From an uncultured Verrucomicrobiae bacterium (GTDB taxonomy: Bacteria; Verrucomicrobiota; Verrucomicrobiia; Limisphaerales; Palsa-1400): DNA of 64,000 nt. This document shows, in pieces, positions 1 to 10,157 of the stretch; position 1 is the stretch's first letter; every line of letters begins with the position of its first letter. The stretch is from NCBI GenBank assembly GCA_963764165.1, contig CAVXRD010000002.1:608001-672000 (forward strand). Reading direction: 5' to 3'. Under the pieces are notes generated by a model. That model saw only the letters and a list, made by a program, of their open reading frames with translations, had not been told where the DNA came from and made no database searches. A program made the translations under genes and the position numbers.

Positions 1-829
1 GCGCGTGTTTGAAGTGCTCGATATGCCGCTCGGCGTTGAAAACAAACCCAGCGCCATTGTCCCGCCGAGATTGACCGGGCGCATCATGTTTGAAAATGTG
101 ACATTCGGATACGGGCCGGAACATCCGGTTCTTAACAACGTTTCGTTCGAGGCCAAGCCGGGCCAGATCGTCGGCATTTTTGGAATGACCGGCTCGGGCA
201 AAAGCACGGTGCTTGGTTTGATTCCGCGCTTCTACGATCCGCAACGCGGCCGCGTGACCGCCGACGGCGTGGACTTGCGCGAATTGGATCTCGACGAGTT
301 TCGCCGCCAGATCGGCATCGTCTATCAGGAGAGTTTTCTTTTTTCCAATACCGTCAGCGCCAACATCGCCTTCGGTCATCCGCACGCCTCGCAGGAGCGG
401 ATTGAAGCCGCCGCCCGCATCGCGCGCGCGCACGATTTCATCATGGCCCTGCCGCAGGGTTACGGAACCGTCCTTGGCGAATCCGGCGTGGATTTGTCGG
501 GCGGCCAGCGGCAGCGGCTCGCGCTGGCGAGGGCGCTGCTGCTCGAGCCGCCCATTCTTATACTTGACGATCCAACGGCTTCGGTGGATTCCAAAACGGA
601 ACACGAAATCGTCACCGCGCTGCGCGCTGCCATGACGGGCCGGACGGCCTTTGTCGTGTCGAGCCGGCTGAGTTTGTTGAAGCAGGCGGACGTCATTCTG
701 GTTTTTGACAATGGGCGGTTGATTCAAACGGGCACGCATGAGCAACTGGCTCATCAGCCAGGCCCTTACCACCAAACGGCGCTGCTCCAATTGATGGATC
801 TCGGCCAGACGCAGGGAAACGCCGCATGA
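1..829 (+). CDS. ABC exporter subunit, C-terminal ATPase part (5'-truncated by window edge); degenerate-site partner of a heterodimer
   Basis: Walker A GMTGSGKST and signature LSGGQRQR. Walker B is LILDD (Asp in place of the catalytic Glu) and the switch His is missing (VVSSRLS). Stop overlaps the next start (ATGA). Confidence 0.9.
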   Translation, partial: RVFEVLDMPLGVENKPSAIVPPRLTGRIMFENVTFGYGPEHPVLNNVSFEAKPGQIVGIFGMTGSGKSTVLGLIPRFYDPQRGRVTADGVDLRELDLDEFRRQIGIVYQESFLFSNTVSANIAFGHPHASQERIEAAARIARAHDFIMALPQGYGTVLGESGVDLSGGQRQRLALARALLLEPPILILDDPTASVDSKTEHEIVTALRAAMTGRTAFVVSSRLSLLKQADVILVFDNGRLIQTGTHEQLAHQPGPYHQTALLQLMDLGQTQGNAA

Positions 830-2709
830 GTTCCGCGCCGCCGTCAACAACAACGCCGCCCGCCGGTTCGCAGCCTTCCGCGCAATCCGGGCTGACCGCC
901 CACGAGCGGGAGGCCATCACGTTTTATCAGGAAGAAAATGACGCGGAGGCGAAGCAAGCGCCGCTGCAATGGTCGCTGGTGCGGCGCATTTTCCTCTACA
1001 CCCTGCCCTACCGCCCCCGCCGCAATTGGCTTTTCGTCTTGACGGTTTTGCGCGGCGCGCAGCTTCCCGCGATGGCGTGGATGATTGGCGCGACCATCAA
1101 TGGCCCCATCGCCGGGCGCGACTGGCTGGGCATCCAGCTTTACGCCGCCGCCTATCTGGCGCTGACGATATTCATGATCATCACGCTCCATTTCCGGCAG
1201 GCCTTCGCGTTGGAATTGGGAGAGGCCGTCGTTCACGACATGAGGCGTGATTTATTTGACAAGCTCGCGACCTTTCCCATGTCGTTTTACAACGAAACCA
1301 AATTTGGCCGCATCATCAGCCGGCTGACTTCCGACATCGACAGCATTCGCGTCGGCGTGCAGGACGTAGCGTATGTGTTCGCGGTGCAAGGGATGCAGAT
1401 GGCCGTCTCGGGTGCGCTGATGGCGTGGTATAATTGGAAGCTCTTCGCGATCATGATGCTGCTGGCGCCGATCATTTGGGTCATCAACGAGCGCTATCGT
1501 GTGATCATGGGCGAGCGCCTTCGCAAAGTGCAGCAATCCTGGAGCCGGCTTGCCTCAACCCTTGCCGAATCGGTCGGCGGCATCCGCGTGACGCAGGCGT
1601 TTGTCCGGCACGAAATCAATTCCGGCTTTTTCCGCAAGCTGGTCGATGTGCATGGCGACAATAACATCGGCGTGGCGCGGGCGTCGGCGGTGTTCGTGCC
1701 GCTGCTGCAAATGAAAAGCCAGTTGTTCTTGGGCGTCATGGCGCTGGTGGGGGGTTACGGCGCGCTTCGCTGGACGGGCTGGGCGCACATGAATGTCGGC
1801 GACCTTGTTATGTTTTTCTTTCTGGCCAATTTGTTTTTTGAGCCGGTGCAGGTTCTCGGCGATCGCTACAATCAAGCACTCACGGCCATGGCGGGAGCTG
1901 AGCGATTGTATCGCATGCTCGATCAGGCGCCCGCATGGGTGGATGCGCCCAACGCGAAACCGCTGCCGTCCATCCAAGGCCGGGTGGAATTTCGTTCCGT
2001 CCATTTTGAATATAAGCCGGGCCGCCCCGTTCTTATGGATATATCCTTCGTTGCCGAGCCGGGGCAAACCATCGCGCTGGTCGGCCACACTGGAAGCGGG
2101 AAGACCACCATCGCGGCGCTCTTGCAGAAATTCTATCTGCCCACCCGCGGCAACATTCTTATTGACGGATATGATCTGCTGGATATCACTTCCGCTTCGC
2201 TGCATGAGCAAATGGGAAGCGTGCAGCAGAACAATTTTCTTTTTTCCGGCACGGTGCTGGAGAACATTCGATACGCCCGGCCCAACGCCACTGAAGCTGA
2301 GGTTCGGCGCGTATTGGAAACGCTGGATTGCACGGATATGATCGAATCGTTGTCCGGGGGATTGAATCACCAAGTGGGCCAGCAAAGCTCGGCGCTTTCG
2401 CTTGGCCAGCGCCAACTGGTGTGCTTCGCCCGCGCCATGCTGGCTGACCCGCGCATTGTCGTCCTTGACGAAGCCACCAGCGCCATCGACACGATGACTG
2501 AAACCCGGCTCCAGCGCGCGCTGGAGATTTTGCTGCGCGGCCGCACGGCGTTTGTGGTCGCGCACCGGTTAAGCACCATCCGCAAATCCAACCAAGTTTT
2601 CGTGCTGGATTCCGGACGGATTGTGGAACGCGGCACACATGAAAGTCTGCTTCGAGATGGCGGCGTTTACGCGCGGCTTCACAAAGAATTCATTGGCGCA
2701 AATGATTAA
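826..2709 (+). CDS. ABC exporter, fused permease + ATPase (heterodimer partner)
   Basis: N-terminal multi-TM domain, Walker A GHTGSGKTT, degenerate signature LSLGQRQ, Walker B VVLDEATS, switch AHRLST. Confidence 0.93.
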   Translation: MSSAPPSTTTPPAGSQPSAQSGLTAHEREAITFYQEENDAEAKQAPLQWSLVRRIFLYTLPYRPRRNWLFVLTVLRGAQLPAMAWMIGATINGPIAGRDWLGIQLYAAAYLALTIFMIITLHFRQAFALELGEAVVHDMRRDLFDKLATFPMSFYNETKFGRIISRLTSDIDSIRVGVQDVAYVFAVQGMQMAVSGALMAWYNWKLFAIMMLLAPIIWVINERYRVIMGERLRKVQQSWSRLASTLAESVGGIRVTQAFVRHEINSGFFRKLVDVHGDNNIGVARASAVFVPLLQMKSQLFLGVMALVGGYGALRWTGWAHMNVGDLVMFFFLANLFFEPVQVLGDRYNQALTAMAGAERLYRMLDQAPAWVDAPNAKPLPSIQGRVEFRSVHFEYKPGRPVLMDISFVAEPGQTIALVGHTGSGKTTIAALLQKFYLPTRGNILIDGYDLLDITSASLHEQMGSVQQNNFLFSGTVLENIRYARPNATEAEVRRVLETLDCTDMIESLSGGLNHQVGQQSSALSLGQRQLVCFARAMLADPRIVVLDEATSAIDTMTETRLQRALEILLRGRTAFVVAHRLSTIRKSNQVFVLDSGRIVERGTHESLLRDGGVYARLHKEFIGAND

Positions 2710-2775
2710 TGTGCGTGTTATTGCATATTGCAACATGCGTTCTCGTTTTTTGCAACCAGTGCAGATTGCACGCAG

Positions 2776-2865
2776 CTTAAGGGGCAGGGATGTCTCGACG
2801 AGGCGTCGGGGAAGTGTTGGGCTATGCGCCACGCTGACCCCTCGGCGAGGCATTCCTGCCTTAAG
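2776..2865. repeat. REP-like imperfect palindrome (family GGyAGGGAyGCCTCGCCGAGGCGTC)
   Basis: Left arm CTTAAGGGGCAGGGATGTCTCGACGAGGCGTCGG pairs with right arm CTGACCCCTCGGCGAGGCATTCCTGCCTTAAG. Related copies at 15549-15630 and a half copy near 21215-21240. Confidence 0.75.
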
Positions 2866-2878
2866 AATCGGCGGAACG

Positions 2879-2894
2879 TGGCACGACTCTAGCA
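2879..2894 (+). promoter_or_regulatory. Putative sigma-54 (-24/-12) promoter of the glgE operon
   Basis: TGGCACGACTCTAGCA has GG-N10-GC spacing and a TGGCAC -24 box, ~135 bp upstream of glgE. Confidence 0.4.
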
Positions 2895-3027
2895 AGGGAA
2901 CTGATGTGCAGCGCCGATCACGAAGCCGGTTTTACAAAGCCCGCTATCTGGGAAAACAACAGGACGCACCGAACTCACGCGTCCGCCAGCCGCCTTTTGC
3001 AGGGGGTTCTGTCCGCATTTTTGGCGC

Positions 3028-5040
3028 ATGAATCCCGAATCATCATTTCCACAGGATGGCCGTCGGCGCGTGGTGATCGAGAATGTCACGCCTCAAGTTG
3101 ATTTTGGCCGGCATCCGGTGAAGCGCGTGGCAGGCGACACTGTTGCCGTTGCCGCAAACATTTTTGCGGACGGCCACGATTTGCTTTCCGCGGTCGTCAA
3201 ATTCCGGCCAGAGCAAAAGACGGCGTGGGAGGAATCGCCGCTTAAACTCATCAACAACGACAAATGGAGCGGCGGGTTCACCGTCAAGGAAGTCGGGCGG
3301 TACGTTTACACCGTCGAAGCGTGGGTTGACCGTTTCAAAACTTGGCGCAGCGATTTGCGAAAGAGAATTGAGGCCGGACAGGATGTCGCGGTCGATTTGC
3401 GCATGGGAGCAGCCTTGGTCGCAGAAGCCGCCAACCGCGCTCCGGCGCCCAGCGCGGAAACGCTTCGTCAATGGGCGCGGGAACTCGCGGCGGGAAAAAG
3501 CGCGACCGGGCGGGAATTGGCGGACTTCGCGCTCGATGAGGCTCTTTCGCAGCTCACTTTGCGCTACTGCGAACGCCACTTCGCCACGACGTGCGAGCGT
3601 GAATTGCCGATGGTCGTCGACCGCGAGCGGGCGCGATTCAGCGCATGGTATGAATTTTTCCCGCGTTCGTTTTCCTCTGAACCAGGCCGGCACGGGACGT
3701 TTCAGGATTGCGAGAAGCAATTGCCGCGCATCGCGGAAATGGGTTTCGACGTACTTTATTTTCCGCCGATACATCCCATCGGGCGCACCGCGCGCAAAGG
3801 GCCGAACAATTCCCCCACTTGCGGCCCCACGGGTCCCGGCAGCCCGTGGGCCATAGGCGCGGCGGAAGGCGGGCATAAATCGATTCACCCGGAATTGGGC
3901 ACGCTGAAGGATTTTCGGCATTTGATTCAAGCCGCGGAATCGCGCGGCATCGAGATCGCCATGGACATCGCGCTCCAATGCGCGCCGGATCATCCCTATG
4001 TCAGAGAGCACCCTGGATGGTTTCGGAAGCGCGCCGATGGCACGATTCAATACGCTGAGAATCCGCCCAAAAAATATCAGGACATTTACCCGTTCGATTT
4101 TGAATGCAGTGACTGGCGGGCGATGTGGACGGAACTCAAGAGCATCTTCGAATATTGGATGGCGCAGGGCATTCGCATATTCCGGGTGGATAATCCGCAC
4201 ACGAAACCTTTCCCGTTCTGGGAATGGTGCATCACCGATCTCAAAAAGCAGGATCCGAATTTAATATTCCTGGCCGAGGCGTTCACCCGCCCCGCTGTCA
4301 TGTGCCGGCTGGCCAAGCTCGGCTTCAGCCAGTCCTACAACTATTTCCCATGGCGGACGACCAAATACGAGCTGACCACATATTTGACAGAGCTGGCCCA
4401 CAGCGATGCGGCGGACTATTTCCGCCCGAATCTCTGGCCCAACACGCCGGACATCCTGCCATTGTATTTGCAGCTCGGGACGCGCTCGGTTTTTGCGACG
4501 CGCCTAATCCTTGCAGCCACTCTGGGTGCGAGTTATGGGATTTATGGCCCGGCGTTTGAGTTGTGCGAAGCCGCGCCGCTGAAACAAGGCGGCGAAGAAT
4601 ATTTGAACGCGGAAAAATTCGAGATTCGCCAGTGGGATTTGTCGGCGGCGGAGGATTTCTCCGATTTGATCGCGCGGGTGAACCAGATTCGCCGCGATAA
4701 TCCAGCGCTGCGCTCCAATCACCGTTTGCAATTTCATCCGGTCAACAACGACGCGCTGATCGCCTATTCGAAATCCACCGAAGGCGGCGAGGACACGGTG
4801 CTGACGGTGGTCAATCTTGATCCGCATCACACTCACAGTGGATTCGTCGAGCTGCCTCTCGGCGAATTTCTGCCAGATCCGGGCGCGACGTTCCAGATGC
4901 ACGATCTGTTGACGGACGTGCGATACCTTTGGAAAAGCCCGCGCAATTACGTGGAACTCAACCCCGGAATTTCCCCGGCCCATATCTTCCGGCTGCGCAA
5001 GCTCGTTCGGACAGAGGGGAATTTTGATTATTTTCTGTGA
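3028..5040 (+). CDS. glgE: Alpha-1,4-glucan:maltose-1-phosphate maltosyltransferase GlgE
   Basis: Motifs FSAWYEFFPRS, YFPPIHPIG, IQYAENPPKKYQDIYP, FRVDNPHTKP, FLAEAFTRP and WPNTPDILP; adjacent to treS. Confidence 0.96.
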   Translation: MNPESSFPQDGRRRVVIENVTPQVDFGRHPVKRVAGDTVAVAANIFADGHDLLSAVVKFRPEQKTAWEESPLKLINNDKWSGGFTVKEVGRYVYTVEAWVDRFKTWRSDLRKRIEAGQDVAVDLRMGAALVAEAANRAPAPSAETLRQWARELAAGKSATGRELADFALDEALSQLTLRYCERHFATTCERELPMVVDRERARFSAWYEFFPRSFSSEPGRHGTFQDCEKQLPRIAEMGFDVLYFPPIHPIGRTARKGPNNSPTCGPTGPGSPWAIGAAEGGHKSIHPELGTLKDFRHLIQAAESRGIEIAMDIALQCAPDHPYVREHPGWFRKRADGTIQYAENPPKKYQDIYPFDFECSDWRAMWTELKSIFEYWMAQGIRIFRVDNPHTKPFPFWEWCITDLKKQDPNLIFLAEAFTRPAVMCRLAKLGFSQSYNYFPWRTTKYELTTYLTELAHSDAADYFRPNLWPNTPDILPLYLQLGTRSVFATRLILAATLGASYGIYGPAFELCEAAPLKQGGEEYLNAEKFEIRQWDLSAAEDFSDLIARVNQIRRDNPALRSNHRLQFHPVNNDALIAYSKSTEGGEDTVLTVVNLDPHHTHSGFVELPLGEFLPDPGATFQMHDLLTDVRYLWKSPRNYVELNPGISPAHIFRLRKLVRTEGNFDYFL

Positions 5041-8000
5041 ACGCTCGAGAAGAACTTATGACGACGACTGAAGCTCCCAAAGCGGCGCCTGCAAAGGTGG
5101 AAGGCTGGTACAAAACGGCGGTGATTTACGAGGTGCATGTCCGCGCTTTCTACGACAGCGATGGCGACGGCGCGGGCGATTTCCGCGGCCTGACCATGAA
5201 GCTGGATTACCTGCACGATCTCGGCATCACGGCCATCTGGCTGCTTCCGTTTTATCCCTCGCCGCTGAAGGACGACGGATACGACATTTCCGATTATTAC
5301 GAAGTCCATCCGCGCTACGGGACACTGGCGGATTTCAAGGTGTTCATGCGCGAGGCGCACAAGCGCGGCATCCGCGTGATCACGGAGTTGGTGATGAACC
5401 ACACCTCCGACCAGCACCCCTGGTTCCAGCGCTCGCGCCGCGCCAAGCCCGGCAGCCATTGGCGCGACTATTACGTGTGGAGCGACACACCGGAAAAATA
5501 CAAAGGCACGCGCGTCATTTTCAAAGACACGGAAATCTCCAATTGGACGCTTGATCCAATGGCCAAGGCGTATTACTGGCACCGGTTTTATTCGCACCAG
5601 CCGGATTTGAATTTTGACCATCCGCCGGTGCGCGAGGAAATGCTGCGGGTGCTGGATTTTTGGTTCGAGCTGGGCGTGGACGGAGTTCGACTTGACGCTG
5701 TTCCCTATCTTTATGAGCGCGACGGCACCAGCTGCGAAAATCTCGCGGAGACGCACACCTTTCTCAAGTCGCTGCGCAAGCATGTCGATGACAATTACAA
5801 GGACAAGATGCTGCTGGCCGAGGCGAATCAATGGCCGGATGACGCGGTGGCTTACTTCGGCTCCGGCATTGGCGACGAATGCCACATGGCTTTCCACTTT
5901 CCGCTGATGCCGCGGCTGTTCATGGCGCTGCGGATGGAAGATCGCATTCCGATTGTTGACATTCTCCAGCAAACGCCCGCCATCCCGGAAACCGCGCAAT
6001 GGGCGCTCTTCCTGCGCAACCACGACGAGCTGACGCTGGAAATGGTGACCGATGAGGAGCGCGATTACATGTACCGCATGTACGCCCAAATCCACCAGGC
6101 GCGCCTGAACCTGGGCATCCGCCGCCGCCTGGCGCCACTGGTCGGCAACGACCGCAAGCGCATCGAATTATTGACAGCTTTGCTCTTTTCGCTTCCCGGC
6201 ACGCCCGTCATGTATTACGGGGACGAAATTGCAATGGGCGAAAATATTTACCTGGGCGACCGCAATGGCGTCCGCACGCCGATGCAATGGAGTTCCGACA
6301 AAAATGCCGGCTTCTCCCATGCGAATCCGCAGAGCCTTTACCTGCCGGTCAATGTCGATCCGGAAAATCATTACCAGGCAATCAACGTGGAGGTGCAGGA
6401 GCAAAACCGGCATTCGCTGCTGTGGTGGATGCGGCAGTTGATCGCGCTGCGGCAGCGCTGGAAAGGCTTTGGGCTTGGCACCATCGAATTTTTGCACCCG
6501 GAAAATCGCAAGATTCTCGCCTATCTTCGCAAGTACGAAGGTTCCACGGTCTTGGTGGTCGCGAATCTCTCGCGCATGTTCCAGCCGGTGGAATTGGATT
6601 TGGCCTCTTACCAAGGGTCCGTGCCGGTGGAATTTTTCGGACGCAACGAACTCCCGCCCATCACCGACAAGCCCTATTTCATGACGCTCGGGCCGCACTC
6701 GTTCTGCTGGTTCGCGCTGCAATCCAAGGTCACCGCCCAGGCGGAATCCAGCGGGGGCGCACCCGTCGGCGCCCAGGCCCGCGCCCTGCTGACCGTTCAG
6801 GAGGATTGGTCGGAGGTGTTGGAATTTGGCAACCGCGGCCGCCTTGAAACTGCCCTGCAAAGCTGGCTTCCATCGCGCCGCTGGTTTGCAGGCAAGGCGC
6901 GCACGGTGAAGAACGTCACCATCACCGAGGCGATTCGCATCCCGATGGAAAAGGAACACACCTTCCTCATGTTCGTGCAGGTGGATTATATCCAGACTGA
7001 ACCAGAACTTTATGTTGTCCCATTGGCTTGCGCGCTGGGCGAAAAATCCGATCCCCTCTGCCGTGATTGGCCATCGCTGGTGCTGGCTCGCTTGTCGATC
7101 ACTTCCAGCAACCAGGACGGCGTGCTCTACGACGCCATTGGCGACAAGGCCTTCTGCCGCGCCATACTGGACATCATTTCGACCCGGCGCGGTCTCACGG
7201 GAGAAAAAGGCAAATTGACGGCAATGCACACGGCTCTTCTGCGGAAGTTGCGGCGCGAAGGCGGACTCGATCTCGATCCGTCCGTCAGCAAAGCCGAGCA
7301 ATCCAATTCTTCCGTGATTTATGGCGACCGCCTGTTCCTCAAATTCCTGCGGCGTCTCGATTTCGGGGTGAACCCGGAACTGGAAATTGGCCGGTATCTC
7401 TCGAACCAAAAATTCGCGGGAACGGCGCCCTTGAACGGTGCATTAGAGTATGAAACCGGCAAGGAAGAGCCGATCACGGTGGCGGTTTTGAGTTCGTTTG
7501 TGCCGGGTTGCAAAACCGCATGGGATTATACGCTGGATGCGCTTGGGCGTTTCTACGAGCGCACGCAAACCCTGGTCGCTCCGAAAAATGTCGCGCCCGC
7601 TGTGCCCAATGTCCCACTCGTAAAGCTAGCGGCGATGGAATTGCCCGAAGACGCCAAGGAAGCCATTGGCTCCTATCTCGAGGATGTCCGCATGCTCGGT
7701 GAGCGAACCTCCGCCATGCATCAGGCTCTGGCAGCCGACACGGAAGATCCCGCGTTCCGGCCGGAACCATGGACGCTCAACGCGCAACGCGGGCTGTTCC
7801 AATCGATGCGCAACCTCACGCGCCAGAATTTTCACCTGCTCACGCAGCGTTTGAAAACCCTGCCACCCGATTTGCAGCCGCAGGCGCAGCAAGTGCTGGC
7901 GGCCGAAAGCGCATTGGTGCTGCGGTTGAAACGCCTTTATGAAGCGCCGCTCGATTCGGTCCGGACGCGCTACCACGGGGATTTCCATCTCGGCCAGATT

Positions 8001-8438
8001 CTGCACACGGGCAAGGAGTTTCTTATTATTGACTTCGAGGGCGAGCCGGCGGTCGCCTTGACGGAGCGGCGGCTGAAGCGCTCGCCGCTGCGTGATGTGG
8101 CGGGGCTTATCTCCTCATTCCATTACGCCGCGCACGCCGCGCTGCTGAAGCAAACCGAGCACGGCACGCTGCAAGCCAGCCAAATGGAAGGCATGGCGGC
8201 CTGGTCGCGCTACTGGGCGACCTGGGTGGGCGCGACCTATCTGAAATCGTATCTGGCATGCTCAAAGGGCGCGCCCTACGTCCCCGGCAATGACGAAAGC
8301 CTTAGCATTCTCATGGAAGCCGAATTGGTGCGGAACGTCGTTTACGAACTGGGCTACGAACTGAACAACCGCCCTGATTGGGCCAGGATGCCCATTCAAG
8401 CGATCCTCGATCTTGTCAGCCAGTGGAGCAAGCCATGA
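5037..8438 (+). CDS. treS: Trehalose synthase TreS fused to a C-terminal maltokinase (Pep2/Mak-like) domain
   Basis: GH13 TreS motifs LVMNHTSDQHPWFQ, GVRLDAVPYL, LAEANQW, FLRNHDELTLE and LGDRNGVRTPMQW. C-terminal kinase-fold motifs RRWFAGK, EQSNSS, YHGDFHLGQ, IIDFEGEP and YELGYELNNRPDW. Start is GTG 5037 or ATG 5058. Confidence 0.95.
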   Translation: MNAREELMTTTEAPKAAPAKVEGWYKTAVIYEVHVRAFYDSDGDGAGDFRGLTMKLDYLHDLGITAIWLLPFYPSPLKDDGYDISDYYEVHPRYGTLADFKVFMREAHKRGIRVITELVMNHTSDQHPWFQRSRRAKPGSHWRDYYVWSDTPEKYKGTRVIFKDTEISNWTLDPMAKAYYWHRFYSHQPDLNFDHPPVREEMLRVLDFWFELGVDGVRLDAVPYLYERDGTSCENLAETHTFLKSLRKHVDDNYKDKMLLAEANQWPDDAVAYFGSGIGDECHMAFHFPLMPRLFMALRMEDRIPIVDILQQTPAIPETAQWALFLRNHDELTLEMVTDEERDYMYRMYAQIHQARLNLGIRRRLAPLVGNDRKRIELLTALLFSLPGTPVMYYGDEIAMGENIYLGDRNGVRTPMQWSSDKNAGFSHANPQSLYLPVNVDPENHYQAINVEVQEQNRHSLLWWMRQLIALRQRWKGFGLGTIEFLHPENRKILAYLRKYEGSTVLVVANLSRMFQPVELDLASYQGSVPVEFFGRNELPPITDKPYFMTLGPHSFCWFALQSKVTAQAESSGGAPVGAQARALLTVQEDWSEVLEFGNRGRLETALQSWLPSRRWFAGKARTVKNVTITEAIRIPMEKEHTFLMFVQVDYIQTEPELYVVPLACALGEKSDPLCRDWPSLVLARLSITSSNQDGVLYDAIGDKAFCRAILDIISTRRGLTGEKGKLTAMHTALLRKLRREGGLDLDPSVSKAEQSNSSVIYGDRLFLKFLRRLDFGVNPELEIGRYLSNQKFAGTAPLNGALEYETGKEEPITVAVLSSFVPGCKTAWDYTLDALGRFYERTQTLVAPKNVAPAVPNVPLVKLAAMELPEDAKEAIGSYLEDVRMLGERTSAMHQALAADTEDPAFRPEPWTLNAQRGLFQSMRNLTRQNFHLLTQRLKTLPPDLQPQAQQVLAAESALVLRLKRLYEAPLDSVRTRYHGDFHLGQILHTGKEFLIIDFEGEPAVALTERRLKRSPLRDVAGLISSFHYAAHAALLKQTEHGTLQASQMEGMAAWSRYWATWVGATYLKSYLACSKGAPYVPGNDESLSILMEAELVRNVVYELGYELNNRPDWARMPIQAILDLVSQWSKP

Positions 8439-9442
8439 CGCCCGGGGACGCGCCCACCGACGCTTCAAAGCCCGCTTCGATTTACGAAGTTCATCTTGAC
8501 TCTTGGATGCGAGTCCCGGAGGACGGCAACCGGCCGCTTGCCTCCGCGGAAATCGCGCCCAAATTGGCTGAATACGCGAAGTTCCTGAAGTTCACGGATA
8601 TTGAATTACTATCGCTTTCAGCCCAGCGCGAAAATGAAGAGAATCACGTTACTGAATACTTAAAACAGTTTGGGTTCGGCGTGACCCGGCGCGGTTACCA
8701 CAGCATCGCGGAGAATTGGAACAAAACATGGGCCAGCCATGCGCTCGATTATTTCAGCACTGCCCTCCCCCAGCGGCGATTCAGGCATCACTTGCTGAAC
8801 GCGGAATCGAACCTGACGCCGGAGGGCGGCATTCTTCCACTTTCGCATGACTTGGTGACCCCCGATCACGGCTCGATCCTGGCGCAGATGCCCGGCGACG
8901 AATGGAAGAAAATGGCAAATCTCCGCTTGCTGTTCGCTTACATGTTCGCGCTGCCGGGGCGAAAATTAATTTTCATGGGAACGGAGTTCGGCCAGTGGAA
9001 CGCCTGGAATCCGCAAATGAGCCTCGACTGGCACTTGGTGAATCCGTTTAACCGCCATGGGCAGATACAATATTGCATTTCCGAGTTAAACGGAATCTAT
9101 CGCTCGGAAGCAGCCTTGCAGAGTCAATCGAATAGCTTCCAATGGATAGAATCATCGAATAGCGATCTAGGGACACTTTCATTCGTAAGAAAAGCGGATG
9201 CGAGCGGAGGAATGGTATTGGCCGTGTTCAACTTTACGCCCGAACCCCGGCATAATTACCAATTGGGCGTCCCGGCAAAAGGTCGTTGGCGGGAGTTGTT
9301 CAATAGTGACGCGAAGCAATACGGTGGCAGCGGCCAGGGCAATCTAGGCGGTGTGGACGCCTCACCCATCGGGCGGCATGGACGCTCGCATTCCATTAAT
9401 ATCACTCTTCCTCCGCTCGGAGCGGTTTTCTTCAAACGATAG
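8435..9442 (+). CDS. Shortened GlgB-like (branching enzyme-derived) protein lacking the N-terminal domains and catalytic core
   Basis: GlgB-type segments SIYEVHLDSW, LPLSHD, MPGDEWKKMANLRLL, PGRKLIFMGTEFGQ, SLDWHL, NSDAKQYGGSG and ITLPPLG are present, but there is no RVDAV or AEES catalytic segment. ATG 8435 overlaps the treS stop. Confidence 0.8.
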   Translation: MTPGDAPTDASKPASIYEVHLDSWMRVPEDGNRPLASAEIAPKLAEYAKFLKFTDIELLSLSAQRENEENHVTEYLKQFGFGVTRRGYHSIAENWNKTWASHALDYFSTALPQRRFRHHLLNAESNLTPEGGILPLSHDLVTPDHGSILAQMPGDEWKKMANLRLLFAYMFALPGRKLIFMGTEFGQWNAWNPQMSLDWHLVNPFNRHGQIQYCISELNGIYRSEAALQSQSNSFQWIESSNSDLGTLSFVRKADASGGMVLAVFNFTPEPRHNYQLGVPAKGRWRELFNSDAKQYGGSGQGNLGGVDASPIGRHGRSHSINITLPPLGAVFFKR

Positions 9443-9450
9443 AATCTCGA

Positions 9451-10056
9451 TTGACAATGCCGCACTTCCCGAGCATTCAGCTTGGTGGAATGAGGCTCAA
9501 GAGTAGGTGGATTGCGATCATAACTATCGGACCACCTTGCGTCGCGGTGATGTGGGCTCTCTGGCCGTCTTCGGCAGCGCGAATAAACATTCCCTTAGCC
9601 GACGGAACGAGTTTTATCCTCACCGATACAGATTCCGGCAAAACTCTGCTCTACGGAGGCGGACGATGGCAAAGGTTTCTCTGCAAGATCACAGGCCGGA
9701 ATCTGCCGCAGTTCGTTCGCAATCAGCCCATGATTTCCCCGGCGGCTTACACAAACGGAATTGCATTTAGTCTCCGAAGAGACGTCAAAGGAACGAATAA
9801 TCTACTCGCGCCGTGGAATGGCACAGGCCAGATTTATTTGGTGGATTTATCCGGAACTGAAATCGACTGCGCCCTGCGCGCTGTTTTATTTTATACCGAA
9901 ATGCGCGGCACAAATTACGTGGTGGCGGCTGAAGTGTTGAATTGCGAGGCGCCTACGCAGACGGAGGCCGAACTGCATTTGAGAATCCGCGAAACGAATC
10001 ACGTGAACGGCACGGTTTCAACCCACGATTTTCGAGTTAAGAATCCCTCCCGGTAA
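9451..10056 (+). CDS. Hypothetical membrane-anchored/secreted protein
   Basis: 201-aa ORF with one N-terminal hydrophobic stretch; no family recognised; start uncertain. Confidence 0.55.
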   Translation: MTMPHFPSIQLGGMRLKSRWIAIITIGPPCVAVMWALWPSSAARINIPLADGTSFILTDTDSGKTLLYGGGRWQRFLCKITGRNLPQFVRNQPMISPAAYTNGIAFSLRRDVKGTNNLLAPWNGTGQIYLVDLSGTEIDCALRAVLFYTEMRGTNYVVAAEVLNCEAPTQTEAELHLRIRETNHVNGTVSTHDFRVKNPSR

Positions 10057-10098
10057 AACGATGCTGTTGCTCGAAAGAGAAACACTGCCGACAGGGAC

Positions 10099-10135
10099 AA
10101 AAAAAGGCGCTCATCCCTAGAAATTAGGGATGAGC
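10099..10135 (-). terminator. Rho-independent terminator between convergent genes
   Basis: 11-bp stem GCTCATCCCTA/TAGGGATGAGC with an A7 run on its left (U-tract on the minus strand), just downstream of 10158..10847(-). Confidence 0.75.
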
Positions 10136-10157
10136 TCCGCCTCCTTGAACCGATGAA

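Noticed and set aside
5037..8438. TreS-maltokinase fusion as a novelty
   Set aside because: This fusion next to glgE is an established arrangement.
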